Below are positions 8,516-19,248 of a stretch of DNA of 64,000 nt, in pieces. Source of the DNA: Sedimentisphaerales bacterium (GTDB lineage: Bacteria > Planctomycetota > Phycisphaerae > Sedimentisphaerales > SM23-30). The stretch is taken from the NCBI GenBank assembly GCA_963666285.1, contig OY762711.1; one strand, written 5' to 3'. The notes under the pieces are model-generated. The model had not been told where the DNA came from. It saw nothing but the letters and a program-made list of their open reading frames with translations, and made no database searches. Every line of letters begins with the position of its first letter. Position 1 is the stretch's first letter. The position numbers and the translations under genes were made by a program.

Positions 8516-10330
8516 TTATGCTTCTTCGGGGACAGGACCAACGATAGCATCGTATTCTTTTATTGAAGAAACATCACCAGCTGTGATAAGTTTGAACAGA
8601 GTTTCAATCTTAGCTGCATTGTTGGTTATGAATCGTTTGGCAACGATTGCTTTATGCTGACGATGTTTATCGTAAGCAGAGATATCCTGATCCTTGCCAG
8701 GCTCGCAGAAGCTGTCTTTCCAGGCAGGTTCGGCAACTGACTGCTGCAGGAACAGGTGACCGACGATAAGGTCGATAGCGATATCAACCAGCTTGCGGCC
8801 ATGCAGGTCCATGTAGTCAGTACCAGGCTGAGATTTGATAAAGCTGACCGCTTCGACCATCTTTTCACGACCGGCGATAAGGATATCAACCAGATCTTTA
8901 ACTTCAGCCGGATAATCAAATGCTTCCAGCCCAGCGAGGAATTTCTCGCCGGTACCAGAACATACGCCACGCACAGCGGCGACGATCTGAAGCTGGGAAG
9001 TACCTTCATAGATAGAGGTGATACGAGCGTCACGCATGTGACGTTCAACCGGATAGTCCTTCATATATCCGCTACCACCCAAAACGCTCATAGATTCGTA
9101 TGCGACCCTGCTGCACATTTCCGAGGCATAGTATTTGCTCATCGGGGTAAGCATATCAGCCAGACGGCGATAATGCTTGAATTCTTTTTTCATTTCCTTG
9201 AGAAGAGCTTTGTCTTCAATTTCGCCTGATTCAGTTTTCAGCTCAAGACCGTTGCTGAAATCAACCGCCCAGCATGTTTCCATAGTGAGAGTACGGGCAG
9301 CTTCCAGCTCGATCTTCATTTCAACGAGAAGATCACGAACACTAGGCAGTTTTTCGATCGGCATGCCGAACTGTTCACGACTGGCGGCATAATCACGTGC
9401 CACACGGAAAGCAGCTTCGCCGATACCAAGCGACTGGGAAGCGATACCGACACGGGCACCGTTCATAAGGCTCATAACATACTTGGCCAGCCCGCGTTTA
9501 CGTTCGCCAACAAGCTGGCAAGGGGTATGATCAAAATACATTTCACAGGTAGGCGAACCATGGATACCCAGTTTGTTTTCCAGACGACGAACTTTTACGG
9601 TCGGACCGTTATCACAAACAAACAGGCTAAGGCCCATACCACCGGCACGATCTGGCTCACTGCGGGCAAGAACGAGAAGCACTTCGCCGCAACCGTTCGT
9701 GATGAAACGTTTAACACCATGCAGACGCCACTGACCGTTTGAATCCTGATAGGCACGCAGCTTAACAGCCTGTAGGTCAGAACCGGCATCAGGCTCGGTA
9801 AGAACCATAGCACCGGTACTCTTACCTTCGGCAAAGTCAGGCAGATACTGCTGTTTGATATCTTCGTTAGCAAAAGCATTGATAGTTTCCGCGATACCCT
9901 GCAGACCGTAGATGTTCATAAGAGAGGCATCGGCACGAGAAACAACATCGTTACTCATTGTATAGATAAAGTTCGGGCAATTCAGGCCGCCGAAACGGTG
10001 AGGGAGAGTAAAGCCCATAAGCTTGGCTTCGCCGAACCTGTCGATACATTCCTGCATGCCGGGAGCGTAGCTGACAGTACCATCATCATGGAGAGTATTG
10101 CCGTCGATATCTATCTGTTCAGAACGAGGCGCTACAAAATCGCCTGAGATCTGACCAACAGTATCAAGCAGCATATTATAGTTTTCAACCGCGTCATCGG
10201 CATTATCAGGAGCCCAATTGTATTTCTGGCTGTCTGAATAGTCGCCTTCCATGATATCAGCCAGCTTACCAACCGGATAATACCTGAAAAGGAACATTAC
10301 ATCATCATTATCTTTATAAAAGTTTGCCAT
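8516..10330 (-). CDS. Acyl-CoA dehydrogenase (long form, ETF-associated)
   Basis: MVLTEPDAGSDL, GVKRFITNG, ENKLGIHGSPTC, RDARITSIYEGTSQLQ. Start placed at MANF (10330) behind GGAA. Confidence 0.93.
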   Translation of the reverse strand: MANFYKDNDDVMFLFRYYPVGKLADIMEGDYSDSQKYNWAPDNADDAVENYNMLLDTVGQISGDFVAPRSEQIDIDGNTLHDDGTVSYAPGMQECIDRFGEAKLMGFTLPHRFGGLNCPNFIYTMSNDVVSRADASLMNIYGLQGIAETINAFANEDIKQQYLPDFAEGKSTGAMVLTEPDAGSDLQAVKLRAYQDSNGQWRLHGVKRFITNGCGEVLLVLARSEPDRAGGMGLSLFVCDNGPTVKVRRLENKLGIHGSPTCEMYFDHTPCQLVGERKRGLAKYVMSLMNGARVGIASQSLGIGEAAFRVARDYAASREQFGMPIEKLPSVRDLLVEMKIELEAARTLTMETCWAVDFSNGLELKTESGEIEDKALLKEMKKEFKHYRRLADMLTPMSKYYASEMCSRVAYESMSVLGGSGYMKDYPVERHMRDARITSIYEGTSQLQIVAAVRGVCSGTGEKFLAGLEAFDYPAEVKDLVDILIAGREKMVEAVSFIKSQPGTDYMDLHGRKLVDIAIDLIVGHLFLQQSVAEPAWKDSFCEPGKDQDISAYDKHRQHKAIVAKRFITNNAAKIETLFKLITAGDVSSIKEYDAIVGPVPEEA

Positions 10331-10487
10331 TTTAAATTCCGTTTTATTTGATTTACTCTTTGTGCAATTCCGCACTTTTGATTGTTCAACGTTATTTGCA
10401 AAGGCCCATTTGGGCGTTTATTGCAGCTTAAAAACTGCGAAATTAACTCTTATGCAAACGAATCTTTTTCCTGACTAATAAGCAAAA

Positions 10488-11516
10488 TTAATCCTTGGCA
10501 CGAATAGCCTTGATCATCTTTGGAAGTACTTCCTGATAATCGCCAACGATACCATAGTGTGCAACAGAGAAAATAGGAGCGTCCGGGTCGTTATTGATAG
10601 CAATAATACGAGAAGATTCGCTCATACCGGCTACGTGCTGGATAGCGCCACTAACACCAACAGCAATATATAGAGCCGGTCTAACGGTAGTACCGGTCTG
10701 CCCTACCTGGTGATCGTGGTCGATATAGCCAAGGTCAACCGCAGCACGGCTGCCGCCGGGAACACCGCCAAGCACATGGGCCAGATCCCAGATCATCTTG
10801 AAGTTTTCCTTGCTGCCGACACCGGCACCGCCGGTAACAATAACACGAGCAGCTTTGAGATTAACCTTTTTCTTGGCAACATGACGGTCAAGAATATTGA
10901 GCGGCAGATCTTCAGCAGTGATATAGCTTTCCTCGTTGATGATTTCAGCTTTTTTCTTCAGATCCTTATCAGGCATCGCCATAACGCCTTCGCGAACAGT
11001 TGCCATCTGCGGCCAGCGATCATAGTTGATAATAGTCGCGATAATATTTCCGCCGAAAGCAGGACGAATCTGCTGGAGCAGGTTTTTGTGAACATCCTTA
11101 GTCTTTGGCTCTGTATAGTCATCGATCTGGAGGTCGGTACAGTCAGCAGTCAGACCGGCACGCATAGTTGAAGCTACACGAGGAGCAAGGTCGCGACCGA
11201 TATGACTGGCACCATAAAGCATAATCTGCGGTTTGTGCTTTTGGATAAGCTCGCAGATAACCTTGGTATAACTGCAAGTCTGGTAGATGCCAAGGTCATC
11301 GTTATCGACAACATACACCTTATCGGCACCATAGTAGCCCAGTTCTTTGGCAGCTTCTGAAACGCTTCTACCGGCGAGTACAGCACCCAGTTTCACTTTA
11401 AGTGTATCGGCAAGTTCGCGCCCGCGTCCCATAAGCTCAAGAGAGACATCAGCAAGTTTGCCGTCAATCTGCTCGGCATAAACCCAGACTTCACCATTTC
11501 TGTTTACTTCTATCAT
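10488..11516 (-). CDS. etfA: Electron transfer flavoprotein subunit alpha
   Basis: GLTADCT, RPAFGGN, QVGQTG, GVSGAIQH, AINNDPDAPIF. Confidence 0.95.
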   Translation of the reverse strand: MIEVNRNGEVWVYAEQIDGKLADVSLELMGRGRELADTLKVKLGAVLAGRSVSEAAKELGYYGADKVYVVDNDDLGIYQTCSYTKVICELIQKHKPQIMLYGASHIGRDLAPRVASTMRAGLTADCTDLQIDDYTEPKTKDVHKNLLQQIRPAFGGNIIATIINYDRWPQMATVREGVMAMPDKDLKKKAEIINEESYITAEDLPLNILDRHVAKKKVNLKAARVIVTGGAGVGSKENFKMIWDLAHVLGGVPGGSRAAVDLGYIDHDHQVGQTGTTVRPALYIAVGVSGAIQHVAGMSESSRIIAINNDPDAPIFSVAHYGIVGDYQEVLPKMIKAIRAKD

Positions 11517-11610
11517 AATATTAAACTCTTTGTTTGCTGTTAGTTAATTAAGTTTTCAATCTATATTAAGAAAAACCGGCCCAAACAGTCAAAATGTTCG
11601 AGCCAACTGT

Positions 11611-12480
11611 TTAGCCGATAGTATGGTCTTCGATAAGTTCGTGTATCAGTTCCCTGATGCCATCATCGGTCGGCTCAATGCTTTTATGTTCACTGGCGGT
11701 AAGAACAACACTCTGGATGCGGTTGACCTTGGTCGGGCTGCCGCTCTTGCCACACCACTGCAAATCAGCTTCGAGATGGTCGAGATCCCATTCGTCAATA
11801 AGCAATCCGCGATCCCTAAGCGATTCGATGTCAGCGTCTGTGCCGCCGGTCGCCTTGACCTCGGTAGGACCTTTCGCCTTTTTGAACCACATCATCTGGC
11901 GAGAAACTGCCGGACGAGGGTCATTAGCGGTATCAAGAACAGTAAGGAGAGCCGGTAACTGGCACTGAACCTTTTCCCAGCCGGAACCAACACCGCGTTT
12001 GGCAGTGATAGTTTTGCCGTCAAGCTCCAGTTCTTCAACATAAGTTATCTGAGGGAATCCCAGCTTTTCAGCAGCCTGAGGTCCAACCTGAGCGGTATCA
12101 CCGTCAATCGCCTGGCGACCACAGAAAACGAGGTCTACATCTTCGATTTTCTTGACAGCACAGCTAAGAATATAGCTGGTAGCAAGAGTATCACTAGCAG
12201 CAGCACGACGGTCTGTAACAAGAATCGCACGGTCAGCACCACGGAACAGTCCCTGTCGCAGCACATCGCAGGCAGATGGCAGGCCCATAGTGAGAACAGT
12301 CACAGTACCGCCATGTTTAGCTTTTACAGCAAGAGCCATTTCCAGGGCATTTAAATCTTCAGGATTGAAGACAGCCGGCAAAGCAGCACGATTGACAGTA
12401 CCATCGTCATTCATGGCTTTTCCAGTAACTGCCTTAGTGTCTGGAACCTGTTTAACCAGTACAACACTGTTATAAGACAT
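11611..12480 (-). CDS. etfB: Electron transfer flavoprotein subunit beta
   Basis: VKQVPDT, NPEDLNALE, DTLATSY, GRQAIDGDTAQVGP, GSPTKV. Confidence 0.95.
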   Translation of the reverse strand: MSYNSVVLVKQVPDTKAVTGKAMNDDGTVNRAALPAVFNPEDLNALEMALAVKAKHGGTVTVLTMGLPSACDVLRQGLFRGADRAILVTDRRAAASDTLATSYILSCAVKKIEDVDLVFCGRQAIDGDTAQVGPQAAEKLGFPQITYVEELELDGKTITAKRGVGSGWEKVQCQLPALLTVLDTANDPRPAVSRQMMWFKKAKGPTEVKATGGTDADIESLRDRGLLIDEWDLDHLEADLQWCGKSGSPTKVNRIQSVVLTASEHKSIEPTDDGIRELIHELIEDHTIG

Positions 12481-12895
12481 ATAAACCTCTCTTAAATGTT
12501 TACTTACGCACCAAGTGCAGAAGCGTTATTGCCATAGATAAGCGTACAACTTCCCTTATCAGCACTTTTAATATCAATTAACGTCCCGGCAGGTAGTCCG
12601 AGACTGGGTAATGATAAGTTAAAACTTAATAGAAGTCAACCTTCGATTTAGCGGTTTTAACGTTTCTAACACTGAAAATAAGGTTTTATGAGCAAAACAA
12701 GAGTAAAATATCATAGATAAAACCGGAATAATACCGTATAATACAGGGCTAATCTTAATGCAATCCAAATGAAAGCTTGAGATGTAATAGATAAGTAAAG
12801 AGTAAATATGACCTTTAAGTCACATCGAAAGACGGCAGGAAAGCCAACAGCGGCTAAACTAACACTGTAAACCAAATAATAATGGATAAAAAGGT

Positions 12896-14419
12896 ATGGA
12901 ACTTCCAGTAGTATCAATTGTAGGCAGGCCAAATGTAGGAAAGAGCAGTTTGCTGAACATTCTGGCAAAAGAGCGTATTAGTATTGTAGAAGATACGCCG
13001 GGCGTAACGCGCGACCGCGTAAGTGCGGTTATAGAGATGGACGGCAAGTATTTTGAGCTGGTCGATACAGGTGGTTATGGCATTGAAGACCATGACAACC
13101 TTACCGAGCATGTTGAAAACCAGATTATGTCTGCCCTGCTGCAATCTGATGTAGTATTATTTGTGGTAGATATCCGGAGCGGTATGCTGCCGCTGGACCT
13201 GAAGGTTGCCCAGCTGCTGCGAAAGGAGAAGCTGGACGTGATCCTGGTAGCGAACAAATCCGATTCGGTGGAGCTGGACGCCGGTGCAGGAGAATTCTAC
13301 AAGCTGGGTTTCGGCGAGCCGTTATGCATCTCCGCATTGCATGCCCGCAGGCGACAGGAACTGGTAGAAGAAATCCTTGACCGCCTGGAAGGGCGTAATA
13401 CCGAAAAGCCTCAAGAAGAAGCTATGAAGATAGCGGTTGTGGGTAAGCGAAATGTCGGGAAGAGCACATTCATCAACTCACTGGCCGGTGAAGAGCGAGT
13501 GATAGTGAGTGATGTCGCAGGTACAACAAGAGATGCGGTTGATATTCGATTTGAAAAAGATAACCGCACATTTATTGTTATCGATACCGCGGGAGTTCGC
13601 AAGAAGAACAAGATGAACGACGCTAACGGAATCGAGTTCTACAGCTATACCAGAGCAGTGAATTCGATCAAGCGAGCAGATGTATCACTGTTTTTTGTTG
13701 ATGCAGCTGAGCCAATATCACAAGTTGATAAGAAACTGGCACGATTCATTATCGATAATCATAAGCCGGTAATTATTGTTGTAAATAAATGGGACCTGGC
13801 AAAAGATCGGGCAGCAACCGAAGAATACAGTGAATATTTCGATAAGGTTCTGCCAGGTTTGAACTTTGCCCCGATATGCTTTATAACGGCAAAAGAGAGT
13901 AAGAACATCAATTCCCTGATCGACCTGGCGAGTAATATTTTCAAACAGAGCCGAACAAGAGTAACAACAGGTAAAATCAATAAGCATCTGAAAAACATTA
14001 CAGCAGAGCGTTCTCCATCAGTACGCAAAAAGATTGGTCTGCCAAAGATTTATTATGGCACCCAGGTTGCGGTTAACCCACCTACCGTACTGTTGTTTGT
14101 TAATAACCCTGATAGAATAGACGAAAACTACCAGCGTTTTCTGATTAACCGCATGCGAGATGTAATGCCTTGGGGAGAGGTACCTATCAGGCTGATATTG
14201 CGGGCACGAGATGAGAAAGTCGATATCGAGTTTGACTATAAACGTGAAGAGTCAATGGAAGGTTCTATCACAGAAGAGCAGTATCGTTCAGAAGCTGTCG
14301 ATGTTACATTTGAAATAGAAGTTCCGGATGAGCCGGAATATGACGGCAGTGAAGCAGAAGAATACAATGACGACGATTTTGATTACGAATCTGAAAAGGA
14401 CAGGCACGAAGGATTTTAG
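12896..14419 (+). CDS. der: Ribosome biogenesis GTPase Der (EngA) with acidic C-terminal extension
   Basis: Two G domains (GRPNVGKS/DTGG/NKSD and GKRNVGKS/DTAG/NKWD) plus KH-like domain (PKIYYGTQV..PPTVLLFVN). Confidence 0.97.
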   Translation: MELPVVSIVGRPNVGKSSLLNILAKERISIVEDTPGVTRDRVSAVIEMDGKYFELVDTGGYGIEDHDNLTEHVENQIMSALLQSDVVLFVVDIRSGMLPLDLKVAQLLRKEKLDVILVANKSDSVELDAGAGEFYKLGFGEPLCISALHARRRQELVEEILDRLEGRNTEKPQEEAMKIAVVGKRNVGKSTFINSLAGEERVIVSDVAGTTRDAVDIRFEKDNRTFIVIDTAGVRKKNKMNDANGIEFYSYTRAVNSIKRADVSLFFVDAAEPISQVDKKLARFIIDNHKPVIIVVNKWDLAKDRAATEEYSEYFDKVLPGLNFAPICFITAKESKNINSLIDLASNIFKQSRTRVTTGKINKHLKNITAERSPSVRKKIGLPKIYYGTQVAVNPPTVLLFVNNPDRIDENYQRFLINRMRDVMPWGEVPIRLILRARDEKVDIEFDYKREESMEGSITEEQYRSEAVDVTFEIEVPDEPEYDGSEAEEYNDDDFDYESEKDRHEGF

Positions 14420-14461
14420 TTAAGCTGCAACGCCTGCTGTAAACGAAGTTGTCTTAATAAA

Positions 14462-14539
14462 ACTTAGGGCGGTCAAGTGAGCAACCTAAGTAAGGTATTA
14501 GGTATTAGGGAAGGAAACGCCTTCGGCGAGGCTAATTAA
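14462..14539 (+). repeat. Composite intergenic repeat, copy 2
   Basis: ACTTAGG...CCTAAGT hairpin, GTATTAG GTATTAG, GGAAGG, CGCC-TTC-GGCG, AGGCTAATTAA; 43 bp after the der stop. Confidence 0.75.
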
Positions 14540-14661
14540 TTTTAGCTGACGCATATGTTGGCTCCTTTTGTAATCGTTGCAATTATATATATTGTAATAT
14601 TTTATGAACGATATAAATAAAAACGAGACATAAAAAACAACGTTTTGAATGATAGTAGTAT

Positions 14662-14712
14662 AAATACAAGACCCGCTGAAGTAAAACGAACCTCAACGGG
14701 TCTTGTATTTTA
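14662..14712. terminator. Probable bidirectional terminator between der and the prepilin-type gene
   Basis: AAATACAAGACCCG...CGGGTCTTGTATTT long inverted repeat between convergent genes. Confidence 0.75.
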
Positions 14713-14747
14713 TAGGTTATATATCGTTAAATATACTGGAATTAGTT

Positions 14748-15662
14748 TTAGAAAACATCCGGGTATTTATCAAGCCAGGAAAAATTAGAATTTGAGTTAC
14801 CCATAAACTGGCTCCATACAGTTTTATTAAACCTGTCAAAAGAAACATGCCACTTGAGCGTCCATAATTCCTTCACATTGACATTGCGAGCGGAAGAATC
14901 GCCAAACAGCATATTGATGCCTTTACCATGACGGTCCATGGCAAAATTACCCATCTCTCTAGCAGCTATACCACAACCATCAGCTCCAAAAGATGGTTGA
15001 GGGACAACACATGCAATAGAGGTATCAGTATAAGGTAAATATTTTTCAGCAGAAGTATAGTCAGGAGCACCGCCACGCCATTTGCAATCACCAAAAATCG
15101 GGACATCGCCACCATGTTTAATCCTGGCGCGAGATACCCAGTAGTTATTTGCATCTCTACCCTGACTTTGCGTATCACCGGTTGGGAGAGGATTACTATG
15201 GCACCAGACGTTCATCCCGTAACTGGCAAACTCATCTTCACCCTGATTTTCATAAAGCTGACTGTCATGAGCAGGAATACTGTACATATACTTAACACCA
15301 CCAAAGACTTCATTGTTACTTGGATTCTGACGTCCCTGAATATCAACTTTATTAGCAGAAGGACAAGCTAACAATTCAGAGTTTTTCTCATATCTTTTTT
15401 TAAGACAGTAAACCCAGGAAGCACGAGGAGTGTTGCCTGCATTTTGAGTAATAAAACTCTGATAGTCAGGGAATCTATCACCCCATTCATCGGTATACAT
15501 CTGCCAGACAATACCCCACTGCTTGAGATTCGAGAGACAGACAGCACTTCTAGCCTGGTCTTTGGCTTTGTTCAAAGCCGGCATTAAAATGGCTACAAGC
15601 AGAGCAATGATAGAAATAACAACCAACAACTCGATAAGGGTAAAACCTTTTTTAGATTTCAC
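14748..15662 (-). CDS. Prepilin-type N-terminal cleavage/methylation protein with H-X9-DG-like C-terminus (planctomycete DUF1559-like)
   Basis: KKGFTLIELLVVISIIALLVAILMPALNKAK, CLSNLKQ, SYGMN, RHGKGINMLFGD. GTG start at 15662 behind GGAGG. Confidence 0.9.
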   Translation of the reverse strand: MKSKKGFTLIELLVVISIIALLVAILMPALNKAKDQARSAVCLSNLKQWGIVWQMYTDEWGDRFPDYQSFITQNAGNTPRASWVYCLKKRYEKNSELLACPSANKVDIQGRQNPSNNEVFGGVKYMYSIPAHDSQLYENQGEDEFASYGMNVWCHSNPLPTGDTQSQGRDANNYWVSRARIKHGGDVPIFGDCKWRGGAPDYTSAEKYLPYTDTSIACVVPQPSFGADGCGIAAREMGNFAMDRHGKGINMLFGDSSARNVNVKELWTLKWHVSFDRFNKTVWSQFMGNSNSNFSWLDKYPDVF

Positions 15663-16239
15663 AATAATTACCTCCAAAAAAAATATCAATACTTATTTAT
15701 AAATTTTTCTATATGCAGAGGAAAAACAATATGAATTATACAAAAGATCATCTCAGTTAAACCAGAAAGATTAACTCGCATCTCATCGCCTAACAAAAAC
15801 GAGTTGCTTCTGTTTTGTTTATAAAAACAATATTAAATGTTCGGTGAAAAACCTATTTTGCTCATAATCTTCTTAATTAAAACAGTACAAGTAAAACATT
15901 CTATACTCAGTTCAATTTTGCAATAGAACATACATGCCTACAAAGTACACATATCCAAGCCCGGTTTCAGGATATTCGCCCTTGTTCATTATATAATGTC
16001 GCAGGAGTGGCAAATGTTAACGCAAAAAATATAATAAATTCTAATTTATAGAAAAAATACAGGTATTCAGTACCAGAAAGAAAAGATAGGTAACCCCTGG
16101 AATAAAGCTGAGATATATCAGAAATACTACATGATATCAGCTAAAAATGGGCAAAATTAACATGATTGGATATTAATATAATAATTACAATAGTTTACAG
16201 AACAAGATATAAAATGGAAAGCATAGCGATATCACAAGA

Positions 16240-17082
16240 CTATAATTTGGGCTGGCATTTGGGGCAGAAATGAGTTGACCTGTTAGAAATGACAATCTTT
16301 TTGATCTCTGTGCCGCAAGTTCTGCATGCAAGTCCGGTTCGCTGATACACTTTCAGCATTTTTACGAAGTTTCCCATATCACCATAAGCATTGCGGTAAT
16401 CACTGAAAGATGTGCCACCTGCACGAATTGCTTTTTTAAGAATCTTCCTGATAGATTTTAACAGGTTATCCGCCTGTTTTTCAGAAATCTCCGAGGCTAT
16501 TGTCTCGGGATAAATTCCAGAATCAAAAAGAGATTCATCGGCATAAATATTGCCAAGCCCGGCAATACGAGTCTGGTCAAGGAGCAGATTTTTGATAACC
16601 CGCTGAGACTGCAAGATGTTATAAAACTGGCGGGAACTAATATCAAATGGCTCAGGGCCAAGTTTGCCCATCCCGGCAGAAATCATTTGCCGGTCAGGAT
16701 TGGAAATATCAAGCCGGGGATATAGCCATACCCTGCCAAAGCGGCGATGGTCAACAAACCTAAGCTGAATATTTCCAGATAAATTTATAACCAGATGGGC
16801 GTGCATTTCTAATTCTGCTTTCGGATCGGTAATCACAAATCTCCCAGTCATACCCAGCTGAATTAAAAGAGCGGTTCCCCGTGAAAAGGAAATGATAAGC
16901 CGCTTAGCACGACGACTGACAGATAACACCTTTTGCCCGACAAGTACATCAATAGATTCCTTAGCACCTTGCGGCACACACAGAATATCAGAACGGCGTA
17001 GATTAACGCTCTTAACAGTTTTGCCAGGGATAACTTCGGAGAGTCCCATGGCAATATTTTCTACTTCCGGCAACTCAGGCAC
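16240..17082 (-). CDS. mutM: Formamidopyrimidine-DNA glycosylase / AP lyase
   Basis: N-terminal PELPEVE, QLGMTG, LLDQTRIAGLGNIYADE, C-terminal zinc finger CRTC...CPKCQ. GTG start overlaps the nnrD stop (TAGTG). Confidence 0.96.
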   Translation of the reverse strand: MPELPEVENIAMGLSEVIPGKTVKSVNLRRSDILCVPQGAKESIDVLVGQKVLSVSRRAKRLIISFSRGTALLIQLGMTGRFVITDPKAELEMHAHLVINLSGNIQLRFVDHRRFGRVWLYPRLDISNPDRQMISAGMGKLGPEPFDISSRQFYNILQSQRVIKNLLLDQTRIAGLGNIYADESLFDSGIYPETIASEISEKQADNLLKSIRKILKKAIRAGGTSFSDYRNAYGDMGNFVKMLKVYQRTGLACRTCGTEIKKIVISNRSTHFCPKCQPKL

Positions 17083-17987
17083 TACTCTACTTCTCCTGCA
17101 AAATTCGATTTCCACGCCTCTGGCAGCGACTGAATAATATCCTGAGGGGTAACAGCAACTTCAGTATATTGCTCGCAGGCAAAATCGCCTGCCAGGCCAT
17201 GAATATGAACCGCAAGTGCCGCAGCATCCATTAAAGACAATCCGCTGTTTTTATATCCACAGATTCCGGCAATAATACCGGTAAGCACATCACCGCTGCC
17301 ACCGACAGCCATCCCCGGATTACCAGTACCATTTTCATAGCTTATGTTACCATTAGAAATAATAGTACCGATACCTTTAAAGATTACAATAGCTCCAGTT
17401 GTTCTCGCAAATTTTTCTGCAACCCTGATACGATTGGCAGGCATATCCTGTCTGAACCACCCTTGCCACAACCGAATCATTTCACCATGATGAGGAGTAA
17501 GAATAAAATTATCGGAAAGTTTGTCATCAATAATATTAGCCAATGCCAAACGTGCCAGACAGTTTAAGCCATCAGCATCGATAATAACAGGCTTATCTTT
17601 AACCGACAAAATCACCTCAAAAAGTAAAGCAAAACTATCCGGACTGCGACTCATACCCGGGCCTATAACAATAACGTCATTTTGAGCCACTAATGCTGCG
17701 ATATCATCCCTTTCCATTCGATTATCATCGATAACACCATCTTCGGAACACGGCAATATGTAGCTGGTAGCACCAGGAGCAAGCGAAATCGTTGTAAGCT
17801 GGCACGCCTCTGGTAATGCCATTCTTACTAATCCTGCCCCGCTCCGAAAAGCAGCATTAGCCGTCAATGCCGGAGCACCCGGCATACATCTACATCCTCC
17901 AATGATCAGGATTCTGCCAAAATCGCCTTTATGGGCGTCCTTATTCCGAGGTGGAAGCTTAATTTGATGACTGATTTTGTTAACCAT
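17082..17987 (-). CDS. nnrD: ADP-dependent NAD(P)H-hydrate dehydratase
   Basis: HKGDFG, GAGLV, IGPGM, IDADGL, LTPHHGE, GGSGDVLTG. Confidence 0.93.
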   Translation of the reverse strand: MVNKISHQIKLPPRNKDAHKGDFGRILIIGGCRCMPGAPALTANAAFRSGAGLVRMALPEACQLTTISLAPGATSYILPCSEDGVIDDNRMERDDIAALVAQNDVIVIGPGMSRSPDSFALLFEVILSVKDKPVIIDADGLNCLARLALANIIDDKLSDNFILTPHHGEMIRLWQGWFRQDMPANRIRVAEKFARTTGAIVIFKGIGTIISNGNISYENGTGNPGMAVGGSGDVLTGIIAGICGYKNSGLSLMDAAALAVHIHGLAGDFACEQYTEVAVTPQDIIQSLPEAWKSNFAGEVE

Positions 17988-18197
17988 TCACTTTGATGAT
18001 AGCACTTGAAATATAAATTGTCTAGAAGTTTATAATGTAATCCAGATAAAATAATAAGTAAAATGACGGATTGAAAAACATTTGTGATTTAGCCGGAATG
18101 GTAATATAATTGATTTTTACCAGCCATAGAGGTTGGTCAAGTAACGAAATAACAAAATAGAACTCAATTAGCGACGGACTGTTTGTATTATTAATGT

Positions 18198-19160
18198 ATG
18201 GAAGCGTTAGAATTTACACAAGGAAAGTTGTATTTCAGGCAGGCTGCTCCAGAGCCCAAAACATCTGCCGGTGAAGTTTTACTAGAGGTTGAAGCGGCGG
18301 GTATATGTTCGACAGACCTGGAAATTATGAAAGGATATATGGGCTTTGAAGGCATCCCGGGCCACGAGTTTGTCGGGAGAGTGGTAAAAGGACCAGACGA
18401 GCTGGTAGGTAAAAAAGCAGTCTCAGAAATAAATTGTGTGTGCGGCAAATGTAAGATGTGCCGCGGCGGTTTATCTACCCATTGCACAAACCGTCAGACA
18501 ATAGGCATATATAACCATAACGGAGCCTTTGCCGAGCGAATTTCAGTACCTGTCGAAAATATCCATATACTCCCTGAAGATTTTAGTAATGACCAGGCCA
18601 TATTTATAGAGCCATTGGCAGCCGCTTTCCAGATATGTCGGCAAATAGATATAACAGGCCTTGAAAAGGCAGCAGTAATCGGTGATGGCAGGCTTGGTCT
18701 GCTGGTAGTCCAGGCACTGGGAACCAAGGTAGTAAAAGAAAACCTCTTATTACTCGGTAAACACCAGGAAAAGCTGGATATAATTGAAAAACTGGGATTC
18801 CAGGGATTTTTACCTGATGAACTTCAGGTAAAACCGGAATGGGATATTGTCGTAGATTGTACCGGTAAATCCAGCGGATTTGAGACAGCAGTAAACATGC
18901 TTCGTCCGCGTGGAACTCTAATACTAAAAAGTACCTTTGTGCCTGATAAAGCAATAGACCTATCGCCGGTAGTAATTAATGAGATACAAATAATAGGTTC
19001 CAGATGCGGACCTTTTGAAGAAGCAATAAGAGCTTTAGAGGCAGGCAGAGTATCAACCGCCGGTATGATAACCGGCAGATATAAACTGAAAGATGGGATT
19101 GAAGCATTCCACGCGGCAAGCCGGCCGGAGCATGTAAAAGTAAAGATAGAAATAAAATAA
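18198..19160 (+). CDS. Zinc-dependent medium-chain dehydrogenase (MDR family)
   Basis: GICSTD, GHEFVG, structural Zn site CGKCKMCRGGLSTHC, EPLAA, GDGRLG. Confidence 0.9.
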   Translation: MEALEFTQGKLYFRQAAPEPKTSAGEVLLEVEAAGICSTDLEIMKGYMGFEGIPGHEFVGRVVKGPDELVGKKAVSEINCVCGKCKMCRGGLSTHCTNRQTIGIYNHNGAFAERISVPVENIHILPEDFSNDQAIFIEPLAAAFQICRQIDITGLEKAAVIGDGRLGLLVVQALGTKVVKENLLLLGKHQEKLDIIEKLGFQGFLPDELQVKPEWDIVVDCTGKSSGFETAVNMLRPRGTLILKSTFVPDKAIDLSPVVINEIQIIGSRCGPFEEAIRALEAGRVSTAGMITGRYKLKDGIEAFHAASRPEHVKVKIEIK

Positions 19161-19161
19161 C

Positions 19162-19220
19162 TTAAACTGACCGCCGACCAGTTTGATAGGTATCAGATAT
19201 TAGATTTTAGGTATTAGGCT
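19162..19220 (+). repeat. Composite intergenic repeat, copy 3 (hairpin + 4 heptamers)
   Basis: TTAAACTGACCGCCGACCAGTTTGATAG GTATCAG ATATTAG ATTTTAG GTATTAG aligns without gaps to 2791-2846; immediately after the stop at 19160. Confidence 0.8.
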
Positions 19221-19248
19221 AAAGATAGAATAGAAAAGAAAAACCAAG

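Noticed and set aside
12808..12875. Resemblance to a c-di-GMP-I riboswitch (TCGAAAGA..GG...AAAGCC...GGCTAA) or a 20-aa leader peptide upstream of der
   Set aside because: It lacks the GGCAAAC and GCAAA core and convincing P1/P2 pairing, and the short ORF has no telling composition. An Rfam scan would settle it.
2790..19220. Composite repeats as a CRISPR array or DGR template/variable repeats
   Set aside because: Copies are kilobases apart with no repeat-spacer periodicity, no cas or reverse transcriptase gene is present, and differences are not adenine-specific.
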